NCBI GenBank assembly: GCA_963741945.1
Contig: CAVUKA010000005.1
Location: 288,001-352,000, forward strand
Length of the DNA stretch: 64,000 nt
DNA from: an uncultured Gemmatimonadales bacterium
Lineage (GTDB): Bacteria > Gemmatimonadota > Gemmatimonadetes > Longimicrobiales > RSA9
Direction of reading: 5' to 3'
The notes beneath the pieces are model-generated. The model was not told the DNA's origin. It ran no database searches and was given only the letters and a program-made list of their open reading frames with translations. Positions 20,339 to 29,689 of the stretch are shown one piece after another. Position 1 is the stretch's first letter; every line of letters starts with the position of its first letter. A program made the position numbers and the translations under genes.

Positions 20339-21930
20339 TGAGAACCACTCTGCTCCTTCTGATGACCCTCTCGCTGGCCGCACTCGCCGCCGCCTGCGGC
20401 CAGTCCCGTTCCGACTTCGTCGGGATCGACGCGAAGGGGACCGCCGTGGGGCTCGTGTGGGTGGACCGCAACGGGAATGGGACGCTGGACGGCAGTGACG
20501 GTCCGGTCCCGAACGTGACGGTGGAGCTCGCGCAGCGTGAGAACGGGAGGACCGAGGCCACCCGGTCGTCGGGCCCGAGCGGCGAGGTGATCTTCGATGG
20601 CATTCCCGTGGGCAACTACGTGGCCCGTGTGGCGGCGGCCGGAATCCCGGACACGCTGCGCCTCCTCCGCGTGGACTCCGCGAACGTGACCGTGACGTAC
20701 GGCGACACCGCCGCCTTCCTCGTCAGCCTCACGTTCCCCGCGCTTCCCATTGACTCGGCACGGCACCAGCCGCCGGAGACACGCGTCTTCATCGAGGGGC
20801 TGGCGCTCACCGGCTGGCGAACGTTCGCCGACTCCACCGTGCACGTGCGGGACTCCACGGGTGCGATCCGGGCCGTGCGCGTGCCGCCGGTGGCGGTAGC
20901 TACGGGCGACAGCGTCCGGCTGCTCGGCCGCATCGGGATCGACGCGGGCGCCCCCGTCCTCAAGGACGTGCAGGCCACGATCGTGCGCACCGCCGTCCGC
21001 ACCCCCGAAGCCATTCCGGTGAACGCCAGGACGGCCGCCGGCGCCGACAATGGCCGCCTCGATGCCGAGCTCGTCCACCTGGACAGCGTCGTGGTGCGCG
21101 ACACGGCCACGGACAACAGGGGGAACATGACCCTGACCGTCAACGACGGGTCGGGGAGCGTGAACGTGGTGCTGGACGCGGACGTGGGATTCCGCGTCTT
21201 CTTCCCGTCCTCCGTCCTCGGGTCCATCATGGACATCTCCGGCGTGCTCGTGCCCAGGGCGGCCGGCGAATGGGTGGTGAAGCCGCGCACGGCGGCCGAC
21301 GTGGTGGTCGGCCCGCTCTCGTATCCGCTCCTCACCATTGCCGCGGCCCGCGACCGGCCGGTGGGCACCCGCCTCCAGGTCGAAGGCACCGCGCTGAACA
21401 CCTGGTCGACCTTCGGCGACGCCATTCTCCACGTGCGCGACGCGACCGGCGCGATCCGTGCCTTCCAGGTGCCGGCCACCACCATTGCCAGCGGCGACAG
21501 TGTGCGCCTGGTCGGGACCGTCGACGTCGCCTACGGACAGCCCGTGCTGACGAACGTCCAGACCACGCTCCTCCACGCCGGGATCCAGCCCGCGCAGCCG
21601 AGCGACGTGGTCTCCACTCTCATGGCATCTACGGCGCGCTCCGGACAGCTGGATGCCGGGCTGGTCAGAGTGATGGGAGCCACCATCCAGGATACCGCCC
21701 GCACGGCGGGCGGGGACCGCGTCTTCATCGTGAACGACGGATCGGGGCCGCTCAGTGTGGTCCTCGATGCGCAGGTGCCGTTCTATCTCAGCTGGCCCGC
21801 GGATGGCAGCGGTCGGCCGGTGATCATCGGCACCCGGATCTCCGCCACCGGCCTCCTCGTTCCGGCGCCCCTCCCCGCGGGGAGCTGGATCCTGAAGCCA
21901 CGCGGAACTGCCGACATCACGATCCAGTAA
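20338..21930 (+). CDS. Lipoprotein with SdrD-B-like domain and a duplicated ~200-aa beta (OB-fold-like) module
   Basis: Lipobox LAAAC; GLVWVDRNGNGTLD; repeats ..HVRDSTGAIRA..GDSVRL..VNDGSG..VVLDA..KPR and ..HVRDATGAIRA..GDSVRL..VNDGSG..VVLDA..KPR; TGATG coupling to the upstream gene. Confidence 0.78.
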   Translation: MRTTLLLLMTLSLAALAAACGQSRSDFVGIDAKGTAVGLVWVDRNGNGTLDGSDGPVPNVTVELAQRENGRTEATRSSGPSGEVIFDGIPVGNYVARVAAAGIPDTLRLLRVDSANVTVTYGDTAAFLVSLTFPALPIDSARHQPPETRVFIEGLALTGWRTFADSTVHVRDSTGAIRAVRVPPVAVATGDSVRLLGRIGIDAGAPVLKDVQATIVRTAVRTPEAIPVNARTAAGADNGRLDAELVHLDSVVVRDTATDNRGNMTLTVNDGSGSVNVVLDADVGFRVFFPSSVLGSIMDISGVLVPRAAGEWVVKPRTAADVVVGPLSYPLLTIAAARDRPVGTRLQVEGTALNTWSTFGDAILHVRDATGAIRAFQVPATTIASGDSVRLVGTVDVAYGQPVLTNVQTTLLHAGIQPAQPSDVVSTLMASTARSGQLDAGLVRVMGATIQDTARTAGGDRVFIVNDGSGPLSVVLDAQVPFYLSWPADGSGRPVIIGTRISATGLLVPAPLPAGSWILKPRGTADITIQ

Positions 21931-21976
21931 CCGCGCTCCAGTTCGTGCCACGGGGCCGGCGTGTTCCCTCGCGGGG

Positions 21977-23152
21977 TCACGCCGGCCCCGTCAGCACACC
22001 GGCGATCCGCTCCATCACGTCCAGGTCCACCCAGCGGTGCACCGGCACCGTGAACAGCTCCCTCGCCAGTGCGTCGGCGCCCGGCGTCCGCCGGGCCGTA
22101 CCGATCACGCCCGCGACTTCCGGCAGCGACGACAGCGCCCGCGGATAGCTCGGCAGCACCCCCACGCTCCGCCCGCCCCGAACCACCTCCTCCGCCGCCA
22201 CTCCCGGCTTGCGGACCGGAAGCCGAAGGTATCCGGGCACACCACCGCCGGGCGGCTGGGACGGGAGCCACAGCCCCGGAACCGCGGTCAGGCGGGCGCG
22301 GAGCACGGCCGCATTCCGGCGGCGCGCGGCCGCCTCCGCCGCCGAGGCCGCATCCGCCGCCATGACCGCCGCTGCCGCCGCTCGCCCCATCGCCCGCGCC
22401 GGGGACGGAGGCGCGAACCGGGTCTCCCCCAGCCCGAGCCACGGCAGCCGCGACGGGAGCCCGTACAGCACGGGACGCCCGAGCACCCCCTGCGCCGCCA
22501 GTCGCGCCAGCAGGACCACGGCGCCCCCGCGACGAGGCTGCGGGAGCGGGAGTGCTCTGGTCGCCGCACCGAACCCGTCCCGCGCCAGGAGCGCCCCGCC
22601 CCCGCCTCCCGTCCACCCCTTCCCGCGGCCGAAGCTCAGCACGCTAAGTGTGCCCAGGCTCCCGAGCGGCCGCCCACCCAGCGAGCCCCCGTGCCCCTGG
22701 GCGGCGTCCTCGATCAACACGGCGCCGCTCGCTTCCACCCGCGAGCGAAGATCCGGGATGTCCACGGGGATCCCGAACGCGTGGACCACCACCACCGCGG
22801 CCACGCCCCGGGCGAGCGCAGCGGTCAGCGACTCCGGCTCCGGCGCCAGCGTCTCCGGGGAGATGTCGTAGAACTCGAGACGCGCCCGGGCCGCCAGCCC
22901 GGCGGTGGCCACGTCGTAGCAGCTGTACGCGGGCAGCGCCACGCCGTTCTTCCCCGTTTCCCGGATGGCCAGCGAGAGGGCCACCTGGAGCGCGTGCGTG
23001 CCGGAGTCGCACAACATCACGGCGTCCGCCGCGAACCGCTCGAGAAGCAGCGCCTCGAGTTCGGCGCGCGGGCTGCCACGCCCCAGCGCAGCAGCGGCCG
23101 CGGCGGCGAGGGCGCCAGCGGGAACAGGCGAACTCACAGGAGGTAGCATCAT
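21977..23152 (-). CDS. DegT/DnrJ/EryC1/StrS PLP-dependent sugar aminotransferase
   Basis: DSGTHAL, LPAYSC, VVHAFG, LIEDAAQ, SFGRGKG (PLP Lys), LFTVPVH. Confidence 0.88.
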   Translation of the reverse strand: MMLPPVSSPVPAGALAAAAAAALGRGSPRAELEALLLERFAADAVMLCDSGTHALQVALSLAIRETGKNGVALPAYSCYDVATAGLAARARLEFYDISPETLAPEPESLTAALARGVAAVVVVHAFGIPVDIPDLRSRVEASGAVLIEDAAQGHGGSLGGRPLGSLGTLSVLSFGRGKGWTGGGGGALLARDGFGAATRALPLPQPRRGGAVVLLARLAAQGVLGRPVLYGLPSRLPWLGLGETRFAPPSPARAMGRAAAAAVMAADAASAAEAAARRRNAAVLRARLTAVPGLWLPSQPPGGGVPGYLRLPVRKPGVAAEEVVRGGRSVGVLPSYPRALSSLPEVAGVIGTARRTPGADALARELFTVPVHRWVDLDVMERIAGVLTGPA

Positions 23153-23215
23153 CGGTCCAAGGTGGGCGTACCACAGACCCTCGCGCAATTCCGCCCGCAT
23201 CCCCATCATTGCTCC

Positions 23216-24040
23216 ATGACCGATCACGCGCCGGGCGACGCGACCCCCCTCACCGTGCTCGCCGTGCTCGAGCACGACCCCGCGGGCGAAATCGTCCACC
23301 GCCTCCTCGTCGAGGAAGGGCTCCGGGTGGTGCGGCAACCCGTCTCGCACCTCGCCGACGCATGGAGCGCGGCACCCGGTGCCCACGCCGTCCTCCTGGA
23401 CGACAGAGCCGACCCCGCCGAGCTCCGGCAGGCGCTCGACCGCGGCGTCGTGGACAGCACCGCCCCCGTGTTCGTCGTCACCCGGCGACTGCCTGAGCCC
23501 GGCCGGTACACGGCGTGGCTCGAAGCGGGCGCGTGGGACATCGTCAAGATCCCCCTCGAATCCACCGCCCTGATCCTCCGCCTCCGCAACATCCTGCGCG
23601 CCCGCCGCACGCCGGAGCCCGTCCACGGCTGGCCCACCGTCCGCTACTCCCGCGACACCCTCGAGCGCGTGGCCGATGAGACCCTCGCCCTCGCACGCCG
23701 CCGACACCACCCCGTCCACTGCCTCGCGCTCCGACTCGAAGGCTGCAATCCTGCCGCGGGCGACCCCGCCGCACTCCTCGAGCGCCTCGCCGAAGTCTCC
23801 CGCTCCCTGCTCCGCGCCTCCGATGTCATCGGCCTCGGTGACCACGGCCCGCTTTTCATTCTCCTCCCCCAGGCCGACGGCGAGGCCGCTGCCGCTTCCG
23901 CGGCCCGCATCCGCTCGGCCCTCGCCAGCCGCCTCCGCGACTGGGGCGTCTCGGGCACCCTCGTGGCTGCCTCCGTCGGCTCCAGCCACGTCGCCACCGG
24001 CGAAGATCTCCTCGATGCCGCCCTCCGCGCCCTCGGCTGA
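23216..24040 (+). CDS. Pseudo-receiver plus degenerate GGDEF protein
   Basis: REC-like ...PVFVVT..LEAGAWDIVKIP..LILRLRNILR; GGDEF-like LLRASDVIGLGDHGPLFILLPQAD with the catalytic motif lost and RxxD kept. Confidence 0.72.
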   Translation: MTDHAPGDATPLTVLAVLEHDPAGEIVHRLLVEEGLRVVRQPVSHLADAWSAAPGAHAVLLDDRADPAELRQALDRGVVDSTAPVFVVTRRLPEPGRYTAWLEAGAWDIVKIPLESTALILRLRNILRARRTPEPVHGWPTVRYSRDTLERVADETLALARRRHHPVHCLALRLEGCNPAAGDPAALLERLAEVSRSLLRASDVIGLGDHGPLFILLPQADGEAAAASAARIRSALASRLRDWGVSGTLVAASVGSSHVATGEDLLDAALRALG

Positions 24041-24312
24041 CTCGTCGGTCCGTCGACACGATGACGGCCCGTCACGCCCCACGTCGTGCCCGCCGCGGGA
24101 TGTGGTGCGGCCGCAACACGATTGCGGTATCGCTGCGATACTTGACGGATACGCCCGCCGGCTCCAACACTGCCTGTGGCAACCCGCACAAGCATTACGG
24201 GGGACGTGCGCCGATAGCACGGAACGTGCTGGATGTAGCGACATCTAGGGCATAGAGTCACAATCACGCCTGATCAGGTTGCTGGGCGGGCGGAGCGTCC
24301 GGGAAACGCTTT

Positions 24313-25176
24313 TTGGCCAGAGCACCGATCGTACTCATCGTCAGCGAGCACGAGTGGGCATCGCGCTCACTCGACACCGTGCTCGGCCACCGCGGCTATG
24401 CCGTGCTCCGGGCGTATACCGGTGAGCTCGCGCTGGAGCGGGCCTCGGCGTCCAACCCGGACGCGGTCTTCATCGAGCACAATCTCCCGGACATGAGCGG
24501 CGCGGACCTGTGCCGCGAGCTGTTGGCGTCGGACGCCGTTTCGCCGGCCGCGCCGTTCATCGTCATGACCTCGGGGCCGATCACGCCCGAAGAGAGGATC
24601 GACGTGCTGCGGGCCGGGGCGTGGGAGGTGCTGGCCCTGCCGGTGGACGCGGAGGAGCTGGTGCTCCGGCTCGAGCGCTATGTGCGCGCGAAGCTGGAAG
24701 CGGACCGGGCGCAGGACCGTACGCTGCTGGACCCCGACACGGGGCTGTACACCCGCGCCGGCGTGCTTCAGCGCGCGCGGGAGCTGGCCGCGGCCGCCGC
24801 CCGTTACGGGCGCCCGATCGCCTGCATCGTGGTGGAGATGGCGGCATCGGAAGGCGAGCCGCGCGGAGACAGGGAGATCGAGGCCGATATCGCCACGCTC
24901 CTCCGCAGCTCGACCCGGCGCTCGGACATCCTGGGCCAGCTCGGACCCCACCAGTACGCGGTCCTGACGCCGGACACCCCGGAGCAGGGCGCCCGCGTCG
25001 CGGCCGAGCGACTCAGGCGCTCCACCGGCCCCCCGGCCGGTGCCGGCGCCCCCGGGACGGCCAGGACCGCCGTCTTCTCCATCTCGGATCTCGACATCGG
25101 AGGGCTCGATCCCGAGCAGTTCGTGCGCCGGGCCGCGGAGGCGCTCGGCGCCGATCCGGACACGCTGCTGAACTGA
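24313..25176 (+). CDS. Pseudo-receiver plus degenerate GGDEF protein
   Basis: PDAVFIEHNLPDMSG (Asp replaced by Glu), AGAWEVLALP (Lys lost), DPDTGLYTR, RRSDILGQLGPHQYAVLTPDT, AERLR; TTG start. Confidence 0.85.
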   Translation: MARAPIVLIVSEHEWASRSLDTVLGHRGYAVLRAYTGELALERASASNPDAVFIEHNLPDMSGADLCRELLASDAVSPAAPFIVMTSGPITPEERIDVLRAGAWEVLALPVDAEELVLRLERYVRAKLEADRAQDRTLLDPDTGLYTRAGVLQRARELAAAAARYGRPIACIVVEMAASEGEPRGDREIEADIATLLRSSTRRSDILGQLGPHQYAVLTPDTPEQGARVAAERLRRSTGPPAGAGAPGTARTAVFSISDLDIGGLDPEQFVRRAAEALGADPDTLLN

Positions 25177-25400
25177 CAGGCCGGCGGGGCCGGCCCCGTC
25201 GCGCCGGGCACGGACCGATTCCCCTTTCGCTCCCGCGTCCGCGGGAGCGGCATTGACTGGCGCCCTCGATCGCCTCTCCTGTTGATTTTCGCGGGCGGCG
25301 ATGGTATCTCTCGTGTCCGCCATCCTGCGGGAGCGGCGCTCGCCCGGGAGCGGCCCTCGCCACCGCATCGTGTGGCGCCGCTGCGCAGCGGACCGTCCCG

Positions 25401-26915
25401 GTGGCCCACGCAACTCGCCCCAGCTTTATGCCGACACCCGCTTCAGCTTCCGGCTTCGCACCACTCACCCACGAGGATCGTGATTCCATTCGCATCCTCG
25501 TGGTGGACGACGAGGCCACGCTCCGGGACACGTGCGTCAACGTGTTGCGGATGCAGGGCTACTCCGTCTCGGCCGAGGGGCGTGGGGAGGACGCGCTGGA
25601 GACGATCCGGCGCCATGATTTCGACATCATGCTCATCGACCTCTACATGACCGGCGTGCCGGGCATCGAGCTGCTGAAAGCCGCGCTCAAGCGCCGCGCT
25701 GCCACGGTCGTGATCATGATGACCGGGAACCCCAGTGTGGAGTCCAACCTCGAGGTCCTGGGCGCCGGCGCCTGGGACTACCTGCCCAAGCCGTTCTCCG
25801 CCACTCACGTGGAAGTGCTCATCGGCCGCGCCGCGCACGCCGTTCGCGCGCACAAAGCCGACGGGGCAGCGGGTGGGGGAGGCACGGAGGCGGACGGGGA
25901 CAGCGACAGCAAGGTCATCGGGTCGTCGGCGGCCATCCGGTCCGTCCTGGAGCTCGCGCGCAAGGTGGCGCAGAGCAACGCCTCCGTGTTCATCACCGGC
26001 GAGAGCGGGAGCGGGAAGGAGCTCATCGCCAGCTACATCCATCGGCTGAGTCGCCGCGCGTCCAGGCCGCTCGTCGCCGTCAACTGCGCGGCGCTCCCCG
26101 AGCCGCTCCTGGAGTCGGAGATGTTCGGGCACGTGAAGGGATCCTTCACCGGCGCCGTGCGCGACAAGGAAGGGCTGTTCGAGATCGCCGACGGTGGGAC
26201 CCTCTTCCTCGACGAGCTCCCGGAAATGTCGGTGGCGATCCAGGCCAAGCTCCTGCGCGTGATCCAGGACGGCGTGCTCCGGCGCGTCGGCAGCACGTCG
26301 GCGGACGCCCACGTGGACGTGCGCATCATCGCCGCCACGAACCGCGACCCCAGGCAGGCGGTCCGCGACGGCGCGCTGCGCTCGGACCTCTACTATCGGC
26401 TGCGGGTGGTGCCGATCCATGTCCCGCCGCTCCGTGAGCGAGCGGAGGACATCCCCGAGCTCGCCGCCCATTTTCTCCTGGCATACTGGACGCGAGACTA
26501 CCCGCGCGAGGAGCCGCCCCGGTTCACGGATGGCGCCACGCAGGCGCTCCTGGAGTACCCCTGGCCTGGGAACGTGCGGGAGCTCCAGAACGTGGTCGAG
26601 CATACGGTGGTGCTGGCGGAGCCCGGTCAGGCCATCGAGGCATCCACGATCCCGTTCATGCATGACGCCGCCCCCGAAACCGGCGACGGCAATGCTCTTG
26701 CATCCATCCTCGAGAGCCTGCACGGCCGCTCGTACCACGAGGCGCGCGAGGCTCTGCTGTCGGAGTTCGAGCGCTCGTACTTGAGCTCACTGGTCACGCG
26801 GGCTGATGGCAACATGTCCAAGGCCGCGCGCATGGCGGGCGTCGACCGCACCACGCTGTACCGGCTGATCGACAAGCACGACCTTCAACGGGACAGCATT
26901 CTCCGAGAGAAGTAA
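25401..26915 (+). CDS. Sigma-54-dependent NtrC-family response regulator (REC-AAA-HTH)
   Basis: ILVVDDE, DIMLIDLYM, YLPKPF, ITGESGSGKE, ESEMFGHVKGSFTGA, TLFLDE, WPGNVRELQN, GNMSKAARMAGVDRTTLYR. Start 25401 or 25428. Confidence 0.95.
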   Translation: MAHATRPSFMPTPASASGFAPLTHEDRDSIRILVVDDEATLRDTCVNVLRMQGYSVSAEGRGEDALETIRRHDFDIMLIDLYMTGVPGIELLKAALKRRAATVVIMMTGNPSVESNLEVLGAGAWDYLPKPFSATHVEVLIGRAAHAVRAHKADGAAGGGGTEADGDSDSKVIGSSAAIRSVLELARKVAQSNASVFITGESGSGKELIASYIHRLSRRASRPLVAVNCAALPEPLLESEMFGHVKGSFTGAVRDKEGLFEIADGGTLFLDELPEMSVAIQAKLLRVIQDGVLRRVGSTSADAHVDVRIIAATNRDPRQAVRDGALRSDLYYRLRVVPIHVPPLRERAEDIPELAAHFLLAYWTRDYPREEPPRFTDGATQALLEYPWPGNVRELQNVVEHTVVLAEPGQAIEASTIPFMHDAAPETGDGNALASILESLHGRSYHEAREALLSEFERSYLSSLVTRADGNMSKAARMAGVDRTTLYRLIDKHDLQRDSILREK

Positions 26916-28051
26916 TGGACAGCAGCGGAGTCTCCATGGCAGACGCTCGCCGCCACGCGGGCCCGGCTCAGCGGACCGAATACCCGGCCGGGAGCAGTGA
27001 TTCCGTCCGGGCCGAGTCGCATGCCCTCCGCGCCGCCGCGGACGCCGTCCTCGCCGACACCGACGCCTGGCGCCGCCAGGCGCTCGGCCGCGAGGAGGCC
27101 GCCGCAGTCATGGACGAGATCGTCGGCTTCGTTCTCGAAGTCCCCGCGGCCGAACAGCAGGCAGGCCGCCGGTCGGGTGGCGAAGTCAGCCTGGCCCTCC
27201 GCCTCCAGGAGCTGCTCTGCCACCGCATCCTCAGCGGGGAGCGCACCCTACCGGCCGAGCAGCAGCTCGAGCTGCTCAGGAAGCTCGACGGCTACCGCGC
27301 CGCCGTCTACCCGGACGACCGCCAGAACCTGGCGTTCCTCCTCACCGGCGCCAACGCCCTCGAGCTCGTGGTGGAGCTGGCTCACGACCTCAGGTCGCCT
27401 CTGACCTCGATCATGTTCCTCGCCGAAACCCTCCGGAAAGGACAGAGCGGGGAGATCAACGACCTCCAGCGCCAGCAGCTCGGGATCGTTTACAGCGCCG
27501 CCCTCAGCATGGTCGGTGTCGCCAATGACGTCATGGACCTGGCCACAAGCCGATCGGACGGGGCGTGGGAGCGCGCGCAGGATGAGGAGTTCTCCATCAA
27601 GGACCTCGTGGAAGGCGTCCGCGACGTCGTCGCACCCATGCTGGAGCAGAAACGCCTCGGCTTCTCCTTCTTCACCCCGCGCAACGACACCCGCCTCGGA
27701 CGACCGGTCCCGCTCACACGCGTCCTCGTCAACCTGGTCTCCAACGCCATCAAGTTCACGGAAACCGGCCGCGTCGAGATCGTGGTGGGGGAGGTGGGCG
27801 GCGAGCGCGACAACCGCGTCGAGTTCTCCGTCCGCGATACCGGCCCCGGGATGAGCAGAGAGCGGCTCGACGCCGTCCACGACCTCTTCACTCGCAGCCG
27901 CAGCAGCACCGGCTACCACTTCTCCGACACCGGCCTCGGCCTCTCCATCTGTCACCGCATGGTCACCCTCCTGGGCGGCCAGCTGCACGTCGACAGCCGG
28001 CCCGGAGAGGGCACTCGCTTCCATTTCGTCATCCCGCTGCCCCGAGGGTAG
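26915..28051 (+). CDS. Soluble histidine kinase (HisKA-HATPase)
   Basis: LAHDLRSPLTSI, NLVSNAIKFT, VRDTGPG, TGLGLSIC, GEGTRF; no TM segment; TAATG coupling to the regulator. Confidence 0.92.
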   Translation: MDSSGVSMADARRHAGPAQRTEYPAGSSDSVRAESHALRAAADAVLADTDAWRRQALGREEAAAVMDEIVGFVLEVPAAEQQAGRRSGGEVSLALRLQELLCHRILSGERTLPAEQQLELLRKLDGYRAAVYPDDRQNLAFLLTGANALELVVELAHDLRSPLTSIMFLAETLRKGQSGEINDLQRQQLGIVYSAALSMVGVANDVMDLATSRSDGAWERAQDEEFSIKDLVEGVRDVVAPMLEQKRLGFSFFTPRNDTRLGRPVPLTRVLVNLVSNAIKFTETGRVEIVVGEVGGERDNRVEFSVRDTGPGMSRERLDAVHDLFTRSRSSTGYHFSDTGLGLSICHRMVTLLGGQLHVDSRPGEGTRFHFVIPLPRG

Positions 28052-28122
28052 GCGGCACCGCGACTCCAGACGCGGCGAGGAGCTTCAGCCGCGGCCGTCA
28101 CGACAGGAGCTTCCGCAACGAC

Positions 28123-28162
28123 AAGGGCGGCCGTACCGAGTCCTTCGGTACGGCCGCCCTTT
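28123..28162. terminator. Probable bidirectional rho-independent terminator
   Basis: 17-bp stem AAGGGCGGCCGTACCGA / TCGGTACGGCCGCCCTT with a 5-nt loop, between convergent genes. Confidence 0.8.
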
Positions 28163-28208
28163 CTGCTCCGAGGAAGAGCGTTCTACATCACTGGATCAGG
28201 TCCCCCCG

Positions 28209-28883
28209 TCAGTCTTCCCGGCGGCGACGACGGTACCCCACCACTCCGAGCCCCAGCAGCCCCGTTCCCATCAGCAGCAGCGTGGCGGGCTCGGGCACCA
28301 CGTTCGGATCCTGACAGTCGGCCAGGCTGGTGTAGCCATCCGGCAGCAGGATGGAGCCATCGGACGTGAGCTTCACCGAGCAGCGACCATAGCTCTGGAT
28401 GTGCACACGGCCTTCCGTCAGCTGCTGCAGTTCTGCCAGCGTCAGGTCGCTCGCGAACGTGAAGCTCACGGAACCCCCCGGCGCCAGTCCGTCATTCACA
28501 CCATTGGTCGTGCACGCCCCCGCCAGCGGCTTGCTCGAGACACCGCCACCGGAGAGGTCATTGCAGTTCCCGTCACCCGGATCAAGAGCCCACCCACTCA
28601 GGACGGGCCCGTTGAACGAGAGGCCGGAAAAATCGTCGGCGTACTGGCTCGCGCCGATCAGCCCCGCCGCTGTGATCACACCCGGGTCCAACGCCGTCCC
28701 GGTGGTATACGTGACCGTGAACTTGAAGAGGTCACCATCCTGTTCAAGATTGAACCCGATGCACGTGTCCAACGAACCCCCGCCGCATACGGGATTGGCC
28801 ATCCATTCAGCCGACAGACCCGCGGGGGCCAGCAAGGCCACGCCCACCAGCATGGACCATGGGGAGAGATTTCGAAGTTTCAT
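28209..28883 (-). CDS. PEP-CTERM protein 1
   Basis: Signal peptide; C-term VPEPATLLLMGTGLLGLGVVGYRRRRRED; six Cys in the mature part; ATGA overlap with the upstream 4-TM gene. Confidence 0.93.
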   Translation of the reverse strand: MKLRNLSPWSMLVGVALLAPAGLSAEWMANPVCGGGSLDTCIGFNLEQDGDLFKFTVTYTTGTALDPGVITAAGLIGASQYADDFSGLSFNGPVLSGWALDPGDGNCNDLSGGGVSSKPLAGACTTNGVNDGLAPGGSVSFTFASDLTLAELQQLTEGRVHIQSYGRCSVKLTSDGSILLPDGYTSLADCQDPNVVPEPATLLLMGTGLLGLGVVGYRRRRRED

Positions 28884-29323
28884 GGGCCCTTCCTCGGAAA
28901 TAGGGTGCGGATCAATACGATCCCGGAAACCAGATAGCCGAGGCCGAAGCCGACGGCCATCACGGACGTCCGGATGATGGCGCGGACCAGAAGTGTGCCC
29001 TGCGGTCCGTTCGCGGAACGCAGCGCCAGCGGCACGTTGAGCAGGAACAGCACGTAGGCCGCCGCGACCAGGAGCGCTGCGGCCAGGAGCGTGATGCCCA
29101 CCACGCTGCGCCCGGCGCGACCGCCGCGCGCCAGCGCCCACGCCAGCAGTGCCGCAAACCCGATCGTGGGAAGCGGCAGGCTGCTCACCATGGACGCCAC
29201 GGTCCCGAACTCCCACTCCGGGGAGCCGAACGCGGGGGGGTAGGCGTACAGCGCCACGTCCACCACGCCCACCACCGCCAGCAGGAGGCCGAGCCCGGGG
29301 AGCACGCGCCACGCCGCGTCCAT
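28880..29323 (-). CDS. Uncharacterised 4-TM membrane protein (paralog A)
   Basis: Four hydrophobic segments; D..YPPAFGSPEWEFG, LFLLNV; similar to 30322 and 61441. Start uncertain (GTG 29356 possible). Confidence 0.75.
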   Translation of the reverse strand: MDAAWRVLPGLGLLLAVVGVVDVALYAYPPAFGSPEWEFGTVASMVSSLPLPTIGFAALLAWALARGGRAGRSVVGITLLAAALLVAAAYVLFLLNVPLALRSANGPQGTLLVRAIIRTSVMAVGFGLGYLVSGIVLIRTLFPRKGP

Positions 29324-29689
29324 GGACGGGCGCAGCGGAGCCGGCCCTTCGCTCACCAGCCGTGCGGCTAGCAGCGGAGCTTCCGGATCGCGTCTCTGCT
29401 CTCGTGCCACGGTCCCCTGCAGTTCTGGCATGTTCTGAACACGGTGAATGGCGGGACCCCGCTCAACGGGGGTCCGTCGTAAGCGTGCAGTCGTCGCACC
29501 TTTCACGCCATCGATGCGCTCGAGCCGTCAAACGTCAAGCCACGTTGTGCCACAACCGATTGCGGACTGATCGAACGCGTCGGGCAGGCCATCGCCAGGA
29601 GATTTGTGATGCATCAGACCAACACCATCGGTGTACCCGTGCACCACCCGGCCCCTGGCCACGGTCTCCGGCCCCACGCCATCCGCCCC

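Noticed and set aside
23153-24244. Upstream half of the 755-aa minus-strand ORF
   Set aside because: Antisense to the REC-GGDEF gene; DegT similarity begins at about 23152.
29538-29553. TGGCAC on the minus strand as a sigma-54 promoter for PEP-CTERM 1
   Set aside because: GC falls 9 rather than 10 nt after GG. Similar GGCAC sites upstream of PEP2 and PEP3 also lack the -12 GC, so no canonical sigma-54 promoter was called.
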